DNA of 64,000 bases from an uncultured Ignavibacteriales bacterium. GTDB lineage: Bacteria > Zixibacteria > MSB-5A5 > GN15 > JAAZOE01. A program made the translations under genes and the position numbers. The notes beneath the pieces are model-generated. The model was given only the letters and a program-made list of their open reading frames with translations, ran no database searches and was not told the origin of the DNA. The stretch lies in NCBI GenBank assembly GCA_964526635.1, contig CAZGLR010000004.1, positions 259 to 64,258 of the forward strand. The letters run 5' to 3'. How positions within the stretch are numbered: position 1 is the first letter of the stretch; each line of letters opens with the position of its first letter. This document shows, in pieces, positions 32,201-41,230 of this stretch.

Positions 32201-35200
32201 GGGTGCCGGGGACTTCAAAAAGCGTGTCGGATAAATTAATGCGGTAGGAAAAATAGTTATTGCCCTTTTCGACGCCATTGTACCCATTGATATCTTCTTC
32301 ATCGGGACCGATCCGGTCACCGTCTTTCAGGTTCCCCTCGGTACCGTTGACACCCCAGGGGAAGGTGGATTCATCCTCAACATTATAGTCGGAACTGATG
32401 TCATCGCCGCGATACTTGGCGATCCAGTTGTCACCCCCGGGATCGGGATTGGTAACCGGATCGAAACCATACTCATTGTCATCGAAAACGCCATCGACCC
32501 CGGAATCCTCATTCTCGTCAAGAATATCATTTCCGTTTATGTCTTCGGTATTGGCAATATTGTCGCCGTTGATATCTTCCGAGATTTCACCGAGGTCGAT
32601 ATGCAGCACGCCAACATCACCGCGTACCCGCATTTCCAGCAGCTGGACGTTTTCAATCTGAGTAACAATCCCCTCGCTGAAAGCGCGCATCATACCGTTC
32701 CAGGAATTTTGAGGCGGGATTGTCACCGATGTGGTATCGATAAAGTGCAGGGTATCTTCACCCTGGATGGTCGAATCTTTGATCCGCTGGAAGTCAACCG
32801 GGGCATAGAACAGATCTAGGACTGTCCACCGGGTGTTGGCGGCGTTGATATCGGTGTTGAAGATTTCCTGCTGCGTCCAGACTCGAACTTTTTGTCCACT
32901 ATATGGATTATACCAGGCAAAATCGCCCCGTTCGGTTTGCCGGTCGGACAGTTGTACCGGCCTTGAGGCTTTGGTCCAAACATTACTCTGAATACCCAGT
33001 GAATAGCTGTCGAGTGAACCCTCGAAATCGTCGATAAAGGCCTGATCTTCGACATTGGGTTCCGGCAGCGATTGCGCCACCTCACCCGAAAGCTGCACAT
33101 AGGAATCGGATGTTGCCCGCACCAGCGGCAGGGCGTCGACCAGGTTGGTCAGCAAATCACTTTTGAAGCGATACGACAGGTCGGCATCCCAGACGAATAT
33201 CTTCGAGGTTTCTTCGCCGACTTTGGGTTTACGGTTGGTCGTCTTATCCGACTTAAACAGGAGTGTCGTTCCCAACTGAAAATCACGGTTGGGAGAATAC
33301 TCCATGCGCGTCCCCAGTAATGTTTTCTGGGAAATACTGAAAAATGGCGCCGTTTCGAACATGACCGACAAGTTCGAAATATCGCTGGTGTAAGCATCAT
33401 CGAGAAGTGTGAGCGTCCCGAAATCATAGTCGATATTATAGTCGGCGCCCTTTTGCAGCCGTTTGCCATTGTGCGTGATGACTTCCGAGCCCTCGATGAT
33501 ATTGGTGGCGTTCAGCCGTATCTGCGACTGGCCGACGGTCGAGCCGGCGCTGACGGTCATATAATATTTTGATTCGCCTGTAATAGTACTAAAATTATTA
33601 TCGTCATATAATACTGAGACAGTCTCCTCGGGGTACACCGAATCGCCAGTAACAGAATCGACGACAAACGCCTGCGCCGGATCAAAGGGATGCCGATCGG
33701 GAAAAACCAGGAGTCCCAGCACCGGATCAATCAGGGCTGTTGTCTGATCAATGATACCGTCGGGAATCGGCTGTCCGTTTGTATTCTGCAGATCGAGACC
33801 GAAAATCTGGAGATAGGGTGTACCATCCTGTTCGACCGGGTGATCGTCCTGTGGGGTATTACCAACCAGTTTGGCCCGACGGATAGTAACTGTAACCTCA
33901 TCGATATCAATATTTCGCGCTCCCAGCGAATAGACATTGCGCCATTCGTATTCCCACAAATTGGGACTGGGCACATTGGTGTAAATTTTCGGCTTGATCA
34001 GTTTCAGTCTCAGGGTATCGCCGGAAACGTCACCGATGGTGTCAATATACGATGCTCCGCCACGACGCCGCAGCACCCGCATGTAAACACCGAGGGTATG
34101 ATTAGATTGCGGTCCTGAACCGAGGAATTGAAGGTAATAACTGCTCGGGTTGATATAGTATTCTTCTTCCGGGATCAGCTCGAAAAATTCATTGAATTGC
34201 GTCAGGTTGGTATCGGCCAGGGTATCGAGCGGATCAAGGTAGCAATAGGCCGGAAAGCGGCCGACTTTGTCTTCAGCGCGTGTGGGTTCATCATCGATAT
34301 AGACGATCGCTTCGAGAATCGAGTCGCCGAGGAATTGATCGGTACGCGGTATGAAGTCGACCGGCCGGGTTTCCGGCGGGCCAAAGAGGGAGTCATAAAT
34401 CGGGCGATTAGTGCGCCATGGCAGACGACCCAGATCATAGAACATCCGCTTGGCGTAATTGATATCCTGGATCACCTTTTCGGTGGCGGCCGAACTCCCG
34501 GCGGCGATTTCAATCGTCTCGGTCGAGCCCTTTTCCTGCGAAGCGATCGCGGTGATCGAGACATCCGCGATCTGGGCGGTAGCCTTGATGCCAAAAAGCC
34601 CCTGTACGCGAGTTGAATACTGCAGGAACTGGGTGGCCGGCAGGTTCAGGGTGGTGTTACCGAGTTCGACGGCCTGGAGGATTTCATCCTCCTCACCCTG
34701 GTACCGGAGAATCAGGCGGTTGGCCAGCGGGATATCGCTGCGGGAATCCTGACTGACTTTGACCGTAATTTTCGAGCCGATCGTCCCGGTAATATCGTAC
34801 CGGTAAATCTGTTCCATCTCGAGGCTGGGGAATTTGGACTGGCGGTTTAGAGCAGACTGGGTCTTATCGGACCATTGTGACCGTCCGGCAAAAGTGATTT
34901 TCTGGAAGCCGGATACTTTGAGACCGGCGCCGCCCTCGCCGAAGATCGATTCGAACGTGCGTGACCTGATCGGGATGGAAATCTGAAACAACCCGCCGGC
35001 TTTTTTCTGTTCTTCTCTCTTCAGCGAGGCAAGTTGAGACTGCCGGGAGAAGTTATTTAACGAATACTGAATACGGCGATCACGGAAATCACTGATCGGC
35101 ATGGTTACCGGGACCAGTCCCAGGTCTTTTTTAATTCTTTCGGTTATCGTAACGGTACGGTCTTCATAATCGAAATCGTACTCGAAGGTTTTTTTCTGCC

Positions 35201-35405
35201 GGTTCGGATCAAGCGGGTAGCCATAGTTCGGTTCAAGACTGAATATGAAATCGGGGACTTCGGTCGGAAATGATGAAAAACGCGTAGGTGGCACATCCAG
35301 AGTTGCCTCGAATGCGGGGGGCGCACCATGAACGGGCAGGCAACAACACAGGACTGTCGCAGCCGTAATCAGGAGAAATCGTAATGTAAAACGCGCACAG
35401 ATCAT
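29286..35405 (-). CDS. sprA: SprA/Sov-family large outer-membrane beta-barrel (type IX secretion translocon homolog)
   Basis: 2039 aa, signal peptide, GEEDEILQAVELGN, LFGIKA, SQEKG, DYNIDYDFG, IDDFEGS, LHIDLGEISED, VWVNELRL motifs typical of SprA; C-terminal Phe. Confidence 0.9.
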   Translation of the reverse strand: MICARFTLRFLLITAATVLCCCLPVHGAPPAFEATLDVPPTRFSSFPTEVPDFIFSLEPNYGYPLDPNRQKKTFEYDFDYEDRTVTITERIKKDLGLVPVTMPISDFRDRRIQYSLNNFSRQSQLASLKREEQKKAGGLFQISIPIRSRTFESIFGEGGAGLKVSGFQKITFAGRSQWSDKTQSALNRQSKFPSLEMEQIYRYDITGTIGSKITVKVSQDSRSDIPLANRLILRYQGEEDEILQAVELGNTTLNLPATQFLQYSTRVQGLFGIKATAQIADVSITAIASQEKGSTETIEIAAGSSAATEKVIQDINYAKRMFYDLGRLPWRTNRPIYDSLFGPPETRPVDFIPRTDQFLGDSILEAIVYIDDEPTRAEDKVGRFPAYCYLDPLDTLADTNLTQFNEFFELIPEEEYYINPSSYYLQFLGSGPQSNHTLGVYMRVLRRRGGASYIDTIGDVSGDTLRLKLIKPKIYTNVPSPNLWEYEWRNVYSLGARNIDIDEVTVTIRRAKLVGNTPQDDHPVEQDGTPYLQIFGLDLQNTNGQPIPDGIIDQTTALIDPVLGLLVFPDRHPFDPAQAFVVDSVTGDSVYPEETVSVLYDDNNFSTITGESKYYMTVSAGSTVGQSQIRLNATNIIEGSEVITHNGKRLQKGADYNIDYDFGTLTLLDDAYTSDISNLSVMFETAPFFSISQKTLLGTRMEYSPNRDFQLGTTLLFKSDKTTNRKPKVGEETSKIFVWDADLSYRFKSDLLTNLVDALPLVRATSDSYVQLSGEVAQSLPEPNVEDQAFIDDFEGSLDSYSLGIQSNVWTKASRPVQLSDRQTERGDFAWYNPYSGQKVRVWTQQEIFNTDINAANTRWTVLDLFYAPVDFQRIKDSTIQGEDTLHFIDTTSVTIPPQNSWNGMMRAFSEGIVTQIENVQLLEMRVRGDVGVLHIDLGEISEDINGDNIANTEDINGNDILDENEDSGVDGVFDDNEYGFDPVTNPDPGGDNWIAKYRGDDISSDYNVEDESTFPWGVNGTEGNLKDGDRIGPDEEDINGYNGVEKGNNYFSYRINLSDTLFEVPGTRDENTGWRTIRVPLRDVTAMDTIIGNPDWANIRFARLWIDSAGNEYTRTFGGALNITIAQMDLVSTAWADSTYLADSLRSNSTFDVAVINNQIDGGYEAPPGVTGFFDQATNIQEKEQSLLLTFKDLSAGILVNDPDSGLILASDTGLAVRTLFRAQNYKGYRKLEMFVHGDENIASQKVLFFLRMGTDKNSYYEYRDTLQPGWLANNVVIDFDEITGLKARLLKDREEGTDSSLIRQEGNYLVKINQRGTDPSLTRIQYFAVGVVNLDPNNPATSDVWVNELRLTDVRDDRGVAARFSVSGNLSDLMTYNGSWSYQDAFYRGVSSATKGGAADNLGSGKTRTNYAFSGTVNLHSLFPRSWEMKLPVSFNWAQSRDEPLLEANSDITVPEEFKDDETTLSINKGFRASISFNKKPNNLLYEVLLSRTAPSFSYNVTESRSPTRPYSFSESYTAQANYNMSLNKPPTIAPLSWLKLLWSPFNLHKTRLYLYPTKLTVSGSFNGSFSNSLNQNGTNPVSLRKDFTGTLNASFKIFDNLSGSYSFTTKRDLSDPETLNLTFFKPREFKLGVENNYNQNFTGAYTPNLFKFLTHKFNYSARYNDNLTINSDSSFYYNAGLRTTAGADFSFLLDKFFGTNNTRRKASRSESGSVFSDAYKTVLTGVRYITDAVKSPNFSITFSEDQTYPALADKASMLFRLGLTDDPGAGEVSGFRGTIRKTRNVNKAFTAGSGLSIFRGVTTDFSYSKSISETFQGTPYRNETEKWPEVRFSFRSVKGLWILGTLINELSPSSSYSRTFESRIQTESDYIQSESERKAFSPLVSISFAPFKSLKTSFRYESSITTTWQYNKSSGGVSKTVKSYSNSIVFGTSYSYRNPLGIKLPLFGRVKFQSTLTMGLDVSYKVTRDEEAGPTTDFAFLERSKRTSLDIHPSLTYSFSSTIKGSLDARWQDTNDLATQTKRHTRELRMSVEMRF

Positions 35406-35471
35406 AGTATTTCTTATTTGTGCTGTTACTCAATCATTGTCTGTGCGTCGATACGACCTCCTGGCTTTGAG

Positions 35472-36398
35472 TTAAAACGCACCGATACTCATGACTTCTT
35501 CCTGGAGTTCGATATTGAATTTCTCCAGCACTTTCCTTTTCAATGTATCGGCCAGCATGCGAATATCTTTCGAGGTCGCATGCCCTGTATTTATAATAAT
35601 ATTGGCGTGTTTTTCAAAGACTTTGGCGCCGCCGATTGAAATTTCTTTGGCCCCGACTTCATCGAGCAATTTGCCGGCCGGGAGTTTGCCGTTGGGCTGC
35701 GAGGGATCCTCGATGTTCTTGAAGAAACATCCGGCTGAATTCGGAATGGTCGGGTGCTTTTGACAGCGAAGCTGACGAATCTCATCAACGCGGCGTGCGA
35801 TATCGATCTGTTTCCCCGACTGGAGAGTGAAGCGTGCGGTGGCGACAATTTCATGCGTCACCTTCAAGTACGAATGCCGGTACTGGAATTTGAAATAGGT
35901 ATTGTCTGCAGTGCGCCGATCTCCCGACCGGTCAACAAGTTCCGCATCGCTCAACACCGAACTGATCTGACTGCCAAAGGCACCGGCGTTGCCATAGACA
36001 GCACCGCCGACAGTACCCCAGATGCCGGCTCCAAACTCCAAACCAGTCAGCGAGTGTTCAGTCGCAAAATCCACCAGTCGATCCAAATCCTCTCCGGCGC
36101 CACATATAATATCGTCAGCTTGTACCCGCAAGCCCATGATAGAGTTCCGAATGATCAAGCCGCGAAAACCGTCATCACTGATCAACAGATTGCTGCCGCC
36201 GCCAATGACGAAGTACGGAATACCCAGTTCGGCGGCCAGTTTCAATGCTGAAGATAACTCGTCAGCAGTGGAAATATTCACAAAAATATCAGCAGGTCCG
36301 CCGGTCCGGTAGGTAGAATACGGCGCCAGTGGCTGGTCATATTGCACCCGGCCGATATAGCGATCGGCAAAGCCCTTATATACAGTTTCTACGGTCAT
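35472..36398 (-). CDS. murB: UDP-N-acetylenolpyruvoylglucosamine reductase
   Basis: TYRTGGPA, IGGGSNLL, GTVGGAVYGNAGAFG, SAGCFFKN, KHANIIIN. Confidence 0.96.
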   Translation of the reverse strand: MTVETVYKGFADRYIGRVQYDQPLAPYSTYRTGGPADIFVNISTADELSSALKLAAELGIPYFVIGGGSNLLISDDGFRGLIIRNSIMGLRVQADDIICGAGEDLDRLVDFATEHSLTGLEFGAGIWGTVGGAVYGNAGAFGSQISSVLSDAELVDRSGDRRTADNTYFKFQYRHSYLKVTHEIVATARFTLQSGKQIDIARRVDEIRQLRCQKHPTIPNSAGCFFKNIEDPSQPNGKLPAGKLLDEVGAKEISIGGAKVFEKHANIIINTGHATSKDIRMLADTLKRKVLEKFNIELQEEVMSIGAF

Positions 36399-36415
36399 TC
36401 AAAACATCCATGGTA

Positions 36416-36444
36416 AAGATAGCATCTCAACCGGACATTGGCAA
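36416..36444 (-). promoter_or_regulatory. Putative sigma70 promoter for murB-sprA
   Basis: TTGCCA-17 nt-TATCTT with extended -10 TG. Confidence 0.45.
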
Positions 36445-36628
36445 GCCCAAACAGAAAGATACCACTCAGTTATTTTATTGCAATGCAAAGCATTACACAC
36501 TTTTTCGGAATCTCACCTTGAACCGTTTCGGTTATTTTATCTTGACCTGTAAATCGGTTGTACCTTTGCCATGATTCAGTTCGACGCGGCCGCTCCCGGG
36601 TGGTATCGCTATACTATTATACAAACGG

Positions 36629-38713
36629 TCAGGCGACATCGATGAGATCGACCCGGAGAGTACTGATAATGGCGGCGTTTTTCAACAAAAATTGTATTGT
36701 CGGGCTTTTTTTCCCTTCAGAAGCAATCAGTGTTTTGGCCCAGTACGAGGCCCGGGCGACCAGATCCTGATCAGTGATGGGATTGGCCAGCCGGAATTCA
36801 GGGAGACCATGCTGCCTGATACCGAAGAACTCACCGGGACCGCGCAGTTCCAGATCCGCCTCGGCGATTTTGAACCCATCGGTGGTTGAGGCAAAATATT
36901 CCAGCCGCTTGCGGGCCATATCCGAGATAGGCGGATAGGCCACCGCGACCGCCAGACCGGCCTTGTCTCCCCGGCCAACCCGGCCGCGCATCTGATGCAG
37001 TTGAGACAATCCGAAACGCTCGGCATGCTGTATGATCAGAATAGTCGCGCCCGGGATATCAATACCTACTTCAATGACCGTCGTCGCAACGAGAATATCC
37101 AGTTTGCCATCGTGGAATTCCCCGATAATTTTGTCACGTTGATCGGCCTTGACACGGCCGTGAACCAGCCCGATCCGCCTTCCCGGAAGAAGACCTTTCA
37201 GTTCTTCAAAACCCTCTTCGGCAGCCTGCAAATCCAATTTTTCCGATTTTTCGACCAGCGGAAATATAACGAAAACCTGATTTTTCCTGTCCAGCTCGGC
37301 GTCGATATACCTGTAAATATCGCCCAGCTTTGAGGCAGGGCGCCATACTGTGCGCACCGGTTTGCGGCCGGGCGGCAAATCCGGGATGGTCGACACATCC
37401 AGGTCGCCATAGAGCGTCAACGCCAGCGTGCGCGGAATCGGCGTGGCGGTCATCACCAGACGATCCGGCTGGCGACCCTTTTCGGCCAGCTTGCTGCGCT
37501 GCATGACGCCAAAACGGTGCTGCTCGTCAATAATGACCAGGGTCAAGTTTTCAAACTCGACACCCCTGCTGATCAGTGCGTGTGTCCCAAACAGGATATT
37601 GAGATACCCGGATCTCAGCCCGGCGATGATTTCCTTCTTCCCCGCCGCCGACAATGATCCGGTAAGCACCGCCGCATTGATCCCGGCCAGTTTGAGCGGC
37701 TTTTCCCAATTAGCGAAATGCTGCTCGGCCAGAATTTCGGTCGGGACCATGATCGCTGCCTGACCATCATTTTCAACCGCAAGTACTGCCGCCAATACCG
37801 CAACGACTGTTTTTCCTGAACCGACATCACCCTGCAGGAGGCGATTCATCGGCTTCGATGAGGTCATATCATCGACGATACTGCCTAACGCGGTTTTTTG
37901 ACCGGGGGTAAGATCGAATGGCAAATTATCGATGACTTTGGTGAACAATTCGCCGGGACGCCGGCAGGTCCGCGCCTTGGTTTGTTCTTTATAATCAGAG
38001 CGCCGCTGCTGCAGCATGAGTTGAAGTGTTAGAAGTTCGTCGAATGCCAGACGGCGGCGGGCGCGCTCGGCGGCGGCCTCATCCGAGGGAAAATGAATAT
38101 CAATCAGTGCAGTTTTGAGATCGGCTATCTGTTCGGCGGCGATGATGTTTTCCGGCAGGACATCATCGATTTTATCGCGGACAGTATCGAGTGCCGCCTT
38201 GATCAACCGCCGAAAGACGCGCGATGACAGCCCCGCCTTTTGCAGTTCAGCCGTCAGGGGATATATCGGGACGATCCGTCCGGTATGGATCTGATCGTCG
38301 CCCTCGCCGCCGATAAACTCATACTCCGGATGCAGGATTTGAAAGCCCTGGAAGTAGGTGACTGTCCCGGTAACCGCCAGCTCATCGCCCTTTTTAAACT
38401 GTTTTTCAAGATATTTCCATCCGGCAAACCAGAGCAGCGAGAGGATGCCGGTGCCATCGTCAATAATCACCTCAAGGCGTGTTTTACCGCCGCGCAACAG
38501 GCCCTTGGCCCGGACCGTGCCAACCACTGTCTTGTAGTCGTTTTCCTGCAGCGAGGCGATCGTGGCGACTTGAGATCGGTCGATGTATCGGCGCGGCGTA
38601 TACATCAGCAGGCGGGCGACGGTATCGACGCCATGGGCTTTGAGAATTTCGCCCCGCCTGGGGCCGACGCCCTTGAGATACTGGATATCGGTTGTCAGAT
38701 CGAGTTCCGGCAC
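36629..38713 (-). CDS. recG: ATP-dependent DNA helicase RecG
   Basis: LKGVGP, RLLQGDVGSGKT, DEQHRFG, TATPIPRTL, QLHQMRGRVGRG, DLELRGPGE. Confidence 0.98.
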   Translation of the reverse strand: MPELDLTTDIQYLKGVGPRRGEILKAHGVDTVARLLMYTPRRYIDRSQVATIASLQENDYKTVVGTVRAKGLLRGGKTRLEVIIDDGTGILSLLWFAGWKYLEKQFKKGDELAVTGTVTYFQGFQILHPEYEFIGGEGDDQIHTGRIVPIYPLTAELQKAGLSSRVFRRLIKAALDTVRDKIDDVLPENIIAAEQIADLKTALIDIHFPSDEAAAERARRRLAFDELLTLQLMLQQRRSDYKEQTKARTCRRPGELFTKVIDNLPFDLTPGQKTALGSIVDDMTSSKPMNRLLQGDVGSGKTVVAVLAAVLAVENDGQAAIMVPTEILAEQHFANWEKPLKLAGINAAVLTGSLSAAGKKEIIAGLRSGYLNILFGTHALISRGVEFENLTLVIIDEQHRFGVMQRSKLAEKGRQPDRLVMTATPIPRTLALTLYGDLDVSTIPDLPPGRKPVRTVWRPASKLGDIYRYIDAELDRKNQVFVIFPLVEKSEKLDLQAAEEGFEELKGLLPGRRIGLVHGRVKADQRDKIIGEFHDGKLDILVATTVIEVGIDIPGATILIIQHAERFGLSQLHQMRGRVGRGDKAGLAVAVAYPPISDMARKRLEYFASTTDGFKIAEADLELRGPGEFFGIRQHGLPEFRLANPITDQDLVARASYWAKTLIASEGKKSPTIQFLLKNAAIISTLRVDLIDVA

Positions 38714-38799
38714 ACTGTAAGCTATAGCGCTATTATTAGCCAGTCAATCATTTTGCATACCGGCCGGATAATGGCATAAACACGGCTCCCGGCATACAA

Positions 38800-39028
38800 C
38801 AAGGGCGGGATTCCCCCCGCCCTTATAGAAGGCAACGATCATCGGCAGGCGCGATGATCATCCCTTCAGGAGTCACCGTCTGCGATCGCGAAAGATGCGG
38901 CACTGATGATATACCGCACCCAGTCGTGGCCAAGTTATGTACAATGGGGAGCATCTGCGACACATACCCCTGCCCGCCCATACTGAGTTGTCACTCACAC
39001 GACGAAGCGGAGATACTGAGGTGAGGCG
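38800..39028 (-). ncRNA. Candidate structured non-coding RNA, family unrecognised (~225 nt)
   Basis: Perfect TATAAT at 39039-39034, at least five helices, G-U pairs favouring the minus strand, terminal hairpin. Confidence 0.55.
38801..38824 (-). terminator. GC-rich hairpin, likely intrinsic terminator
   Basis: AAGGGCGGG/CCCGCCCTT 9-bp stem (plus G-U closing a GGAA loop on the minus strand), followed by a weak U-tract. Confidence 0.6.
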
Positions 39029-39181
39029 TTATTATTATAGGCCGTAGTACGTTTTTGTACAGGCTTTTATTGTGGCCGGAGAGGTCTATACCAAAAATTA
39101 ACGCATGGCTAACAAATTGTCTCGGATACAATCAAACACAAGGATGCGACAATATGCTGACCGGGAATTTGCATAAAAAAG

Positions 39182-39274
39182 CGGAAGGGGTGGGAATCGA
39201 ACCCACCGCCGACGGCCTTACCGCCGGCCCACGGTTTTGAAGACCGCAAGGGCCACCAGACCCTATCCACTTCC
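39182..39274 (-). tRNA. selC: tRNA-Sec (anticodon UCA)
   Basis: GGAAGTGG 5' end, 6-bp D stem with 4-nt loop, CTTCAAA anticodon loop, long variable arm, TTCGATT T loop, discriminator G; CCA not fully encoded. Confidence 0.97.
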
Positions 39275-39280
39275 AGTGTG

Positions 39281-39309
39281 AGTATAATCGGCCGGGGGGA
39301 AAAACGCAA
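39281..39309 (-). promoter_or_regulatory. sigma70 promoter of selC
   Basis: TTGCGT-17 nt-TATACT, 6 nt before the tRNA 5' end. Confidence 0.65.
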
Positions 39310-39366
39310 GACCCGGTGGGAAGATCAGATCGAGGATTTAAACGACGAGGTGCAGGTACGAGGGTA

Positions 39367-40080
39367 TCAGATCGACTGTACCGGCATGGCGGTGATATCG
39401 TCGATCAGTATTGACTCGGTCACCACAAAGGCCTCGGCGTAGCGCACCCCGACACCGATGCCGTACTTACGATGGTAGATGTCCATCAATTCGAAGATAT
39501 CATTACCGGGCTTGAAGATTTTCTTGTCGGAGGTAAAACCGCTTGACTGCGATTTATAGGCACGCACGGCCTCGACTTTGCGCTCGTACTGCGCCGAAAC
39601 ATCGACGAAAAAGGAATGAATGGTCTCGATATAAGACGACGCATAGATGATTTTTTTGGGTCGAAAGGGTTCGCCATCGAGCGGTGCTTTTTTCAACCCG
39701 GACAGGTAGATGGCGTCGTAGGCAAGATCGGCAGTAACACGATGATCGGGATGTCGCTGACCATCTCGATACGGCAGGAGGACTGCCGTCGGACGATATT
39801 CCCTGATTCTGGCGGCGATTTTTACTTTGGCGTCGGGATCGGAGTCGAGAGCGCTGTCGGGCAGGCTGAGGTTCTCGCGCATGCTAACGCCCATGATCTT
39901 CGCCGCGGCTTGTGCCTCTTCGAGGCGCTGGTCGGCAGTGCCATAGGTGCCCATCTCGCCCCGGGTGAGATCGATGATCCCGACTTTTTTCCCGGCATCG
40001 ACAGCTTTGATGACAGTCCCGCCGCACGTAATCTCGACATCATCGGGATGCGCCGCAATTGCCAGCAGATCAAGCGACAT
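39367..40080 (-). CDS. bshB1: Bacillithiol biosynthesis deacetylase (PIG-L family)
   Basis: AHPDDVE, DLTRGEMGT, RHPDH, YAEAF; adjacent to bshA; start ATG 40080 behind GGAG. Confidence 0.92.
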   Translation of the reverse strand: MSLDLLAIAAHPDDVEITCGGTVIKAVDAGKKVGIIDLTRGEMGTYGTADQRLEEAQAAAKIMGVSMRENLSLPDSALDSDPDAKVKIAARIREYRPTAVLLPYRDGQRHPDHRVTADLAYDAIYLSGLKKAPLDGEPFRPKKIIYASSYIETIHSFFVDVSAQYERKVEAVRAYKSQSSGFTSDKKIFKPGNDIFELMDIYHRKYGIGVGVRYAEAFVVTESILIDDITAMPVQSI

Positions 40081-41230
40081 GTTCCATCTCCCCCGCGATA
40101 ATTCGGCGGTAGTAGGATTCATAGCGGTCGACTATCAGTTTGGCATTAAACTGCCGGGCCGATTTCTCGGCGCCGTATTTGCGAAATGCTTCAAGATCAT
40201 ATTCTCCGGTCAGAAGAGATACCGCCGCGTTGGCCATCGACCAGGTATCAGCGACCGGAAACAGGAAACCGTCTTTGCCATGATCAACAACTTCAACCAA
40301 CCCGGTACCGGAAGAGCCGATAACCGGCACCCCGCAGGCCAGCGCTTCCAGCGCGGCCAGACCGAAGGATTCTTCTTCTGAGGGCAGTAAAAACAGATCG
40401 GCCAGCGGCAGGACTTCTTCAACCCGGTCCTGACTGCCGAGAAAGATCACTTTATCATCGAGACCGTTTTTCTTCACCGTGCGCCGCACCAACATGGTTT
40501 CGGGGCCCTCGCCTATCAAAAGCAGTCGGGCGGGGACTTTTTTGCGGACCTTTTCGAAAATATCAATGACATCCATAACCCGCTTGACCGGCCGAAAGTT
40601 TGAGATATGGCAAAGCAATTTTTCTTCGGGGGGGGCGAAGCGGCGGCGCTCGCAGCATTCCCGATTTGGATTAAAACGTTCGGTATCGATAAAATTATGC
40701 ACAACCTCGATATGCTTTTTGATATCAAATTCGCGGCGGGTTTCATCGGCCAGGTAATGAGAAACGGCTGTGATGCCATCGGATGATCGAATCGAAAAGC
40801 GGGTGATATCGTAATATGATTTATCGGCGCCGACCAGCGTGATATCAGTGCCGTGGAGCGTAGTGATCGTTTTGGGAGCACATTTGCCGTTCAATAGTTG
40901 CTTGGCCAAAAAGGCGGCGGTAGCATGCGGGATAGCGTAATGGACATGCATCACATCAAGTTTATACTCGCAGGCGATTTCGGCCATGCGAGCGGCCAGG
41001 GTCAGCGTATAGGGCGGATATTTGAACAACTGATAGGAGATTGTCTCAACCTGATGAAAGAAAAGATTCGGCCTGAAGGTGTCCAGTCGAAATGGCAGAT
41101 CGTAGGCTATAAAATGCACCTGATGCCCGCGTTCAGCCAGTTTGATGCCCAGTTCGGTGGCGACAATACCCGATCCCCCGGCGACCGGGTAGCAGGTGAT
41201 GCCTATCTTCAGGTTATCCATGGTAGTCAC
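40070..41230 (-). CDS. bshA: N-acetyl-alpha-D-glucosaminyl L-malate synthase
   Basis: KIGITCYP..GGSGIVATELG, HVHYAIPHA, TTLHGTDITLVG, SNFRPVKRV, ESFGLAALEA; start may be ATG 41221. Confidence 0.96.
   Translation of the reverse strand: MTTMDNLKIGITCYPVAGGSGIVATELGIKLAERGHQVHFIAYDLPFRLDTFRPNLFFHQVETISYQLFKYPPYTLTLAARMAEIACEYKLDVMHVHYAIPHATAAFLAKQLLNGKCAPKTITTLHGTDITLVGADKSYYDITRFSIRSSDGITAVSHYLADETRREFDIKKHIEVVHNFIDTERFNPNRECCERRRFAPPEEKLLCHISNFRPVKRVMDVIDIFEKVRKKVPARLLLIGEGPETMLVRRTVKKNGLDDKVIFLGSQDRVEEVLPLADLFLLPSEEESFGLAALEALACGVPVIGSSGTGLVEVVDHGKDGFLFPVADTWSMANAAVSLLTGEYDLEAFRKYGAEKSARQFNAKLIVDRYESYYRRIIAGEMEHVA

Noticed and set aside
38885-38920. CTGATGA and GAAA on the plus strand as a hammerhead ribozyme core
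   Set aside because: Order and flanking stems do not fit a hammerhead, and G-U pairing favours the minus strand.
39047-39060. GTAC-N6-GTAC near the RNA candidate promoter as a LexA box
   Set aside because: Spacing does not match the LexA motifs I know and it is a single short occurrence.
38991-39131. In-frame TGA (TGT GAG TGA, C-E-U) four codons upstream of the 52-codon ORF, next to selC, as a possible selenoprotein
   Set aside because: No ATG upstream in frame; the only start is a distant TTG upstream of the TATAAT box, with no RBS and a non-protein-like sequence.
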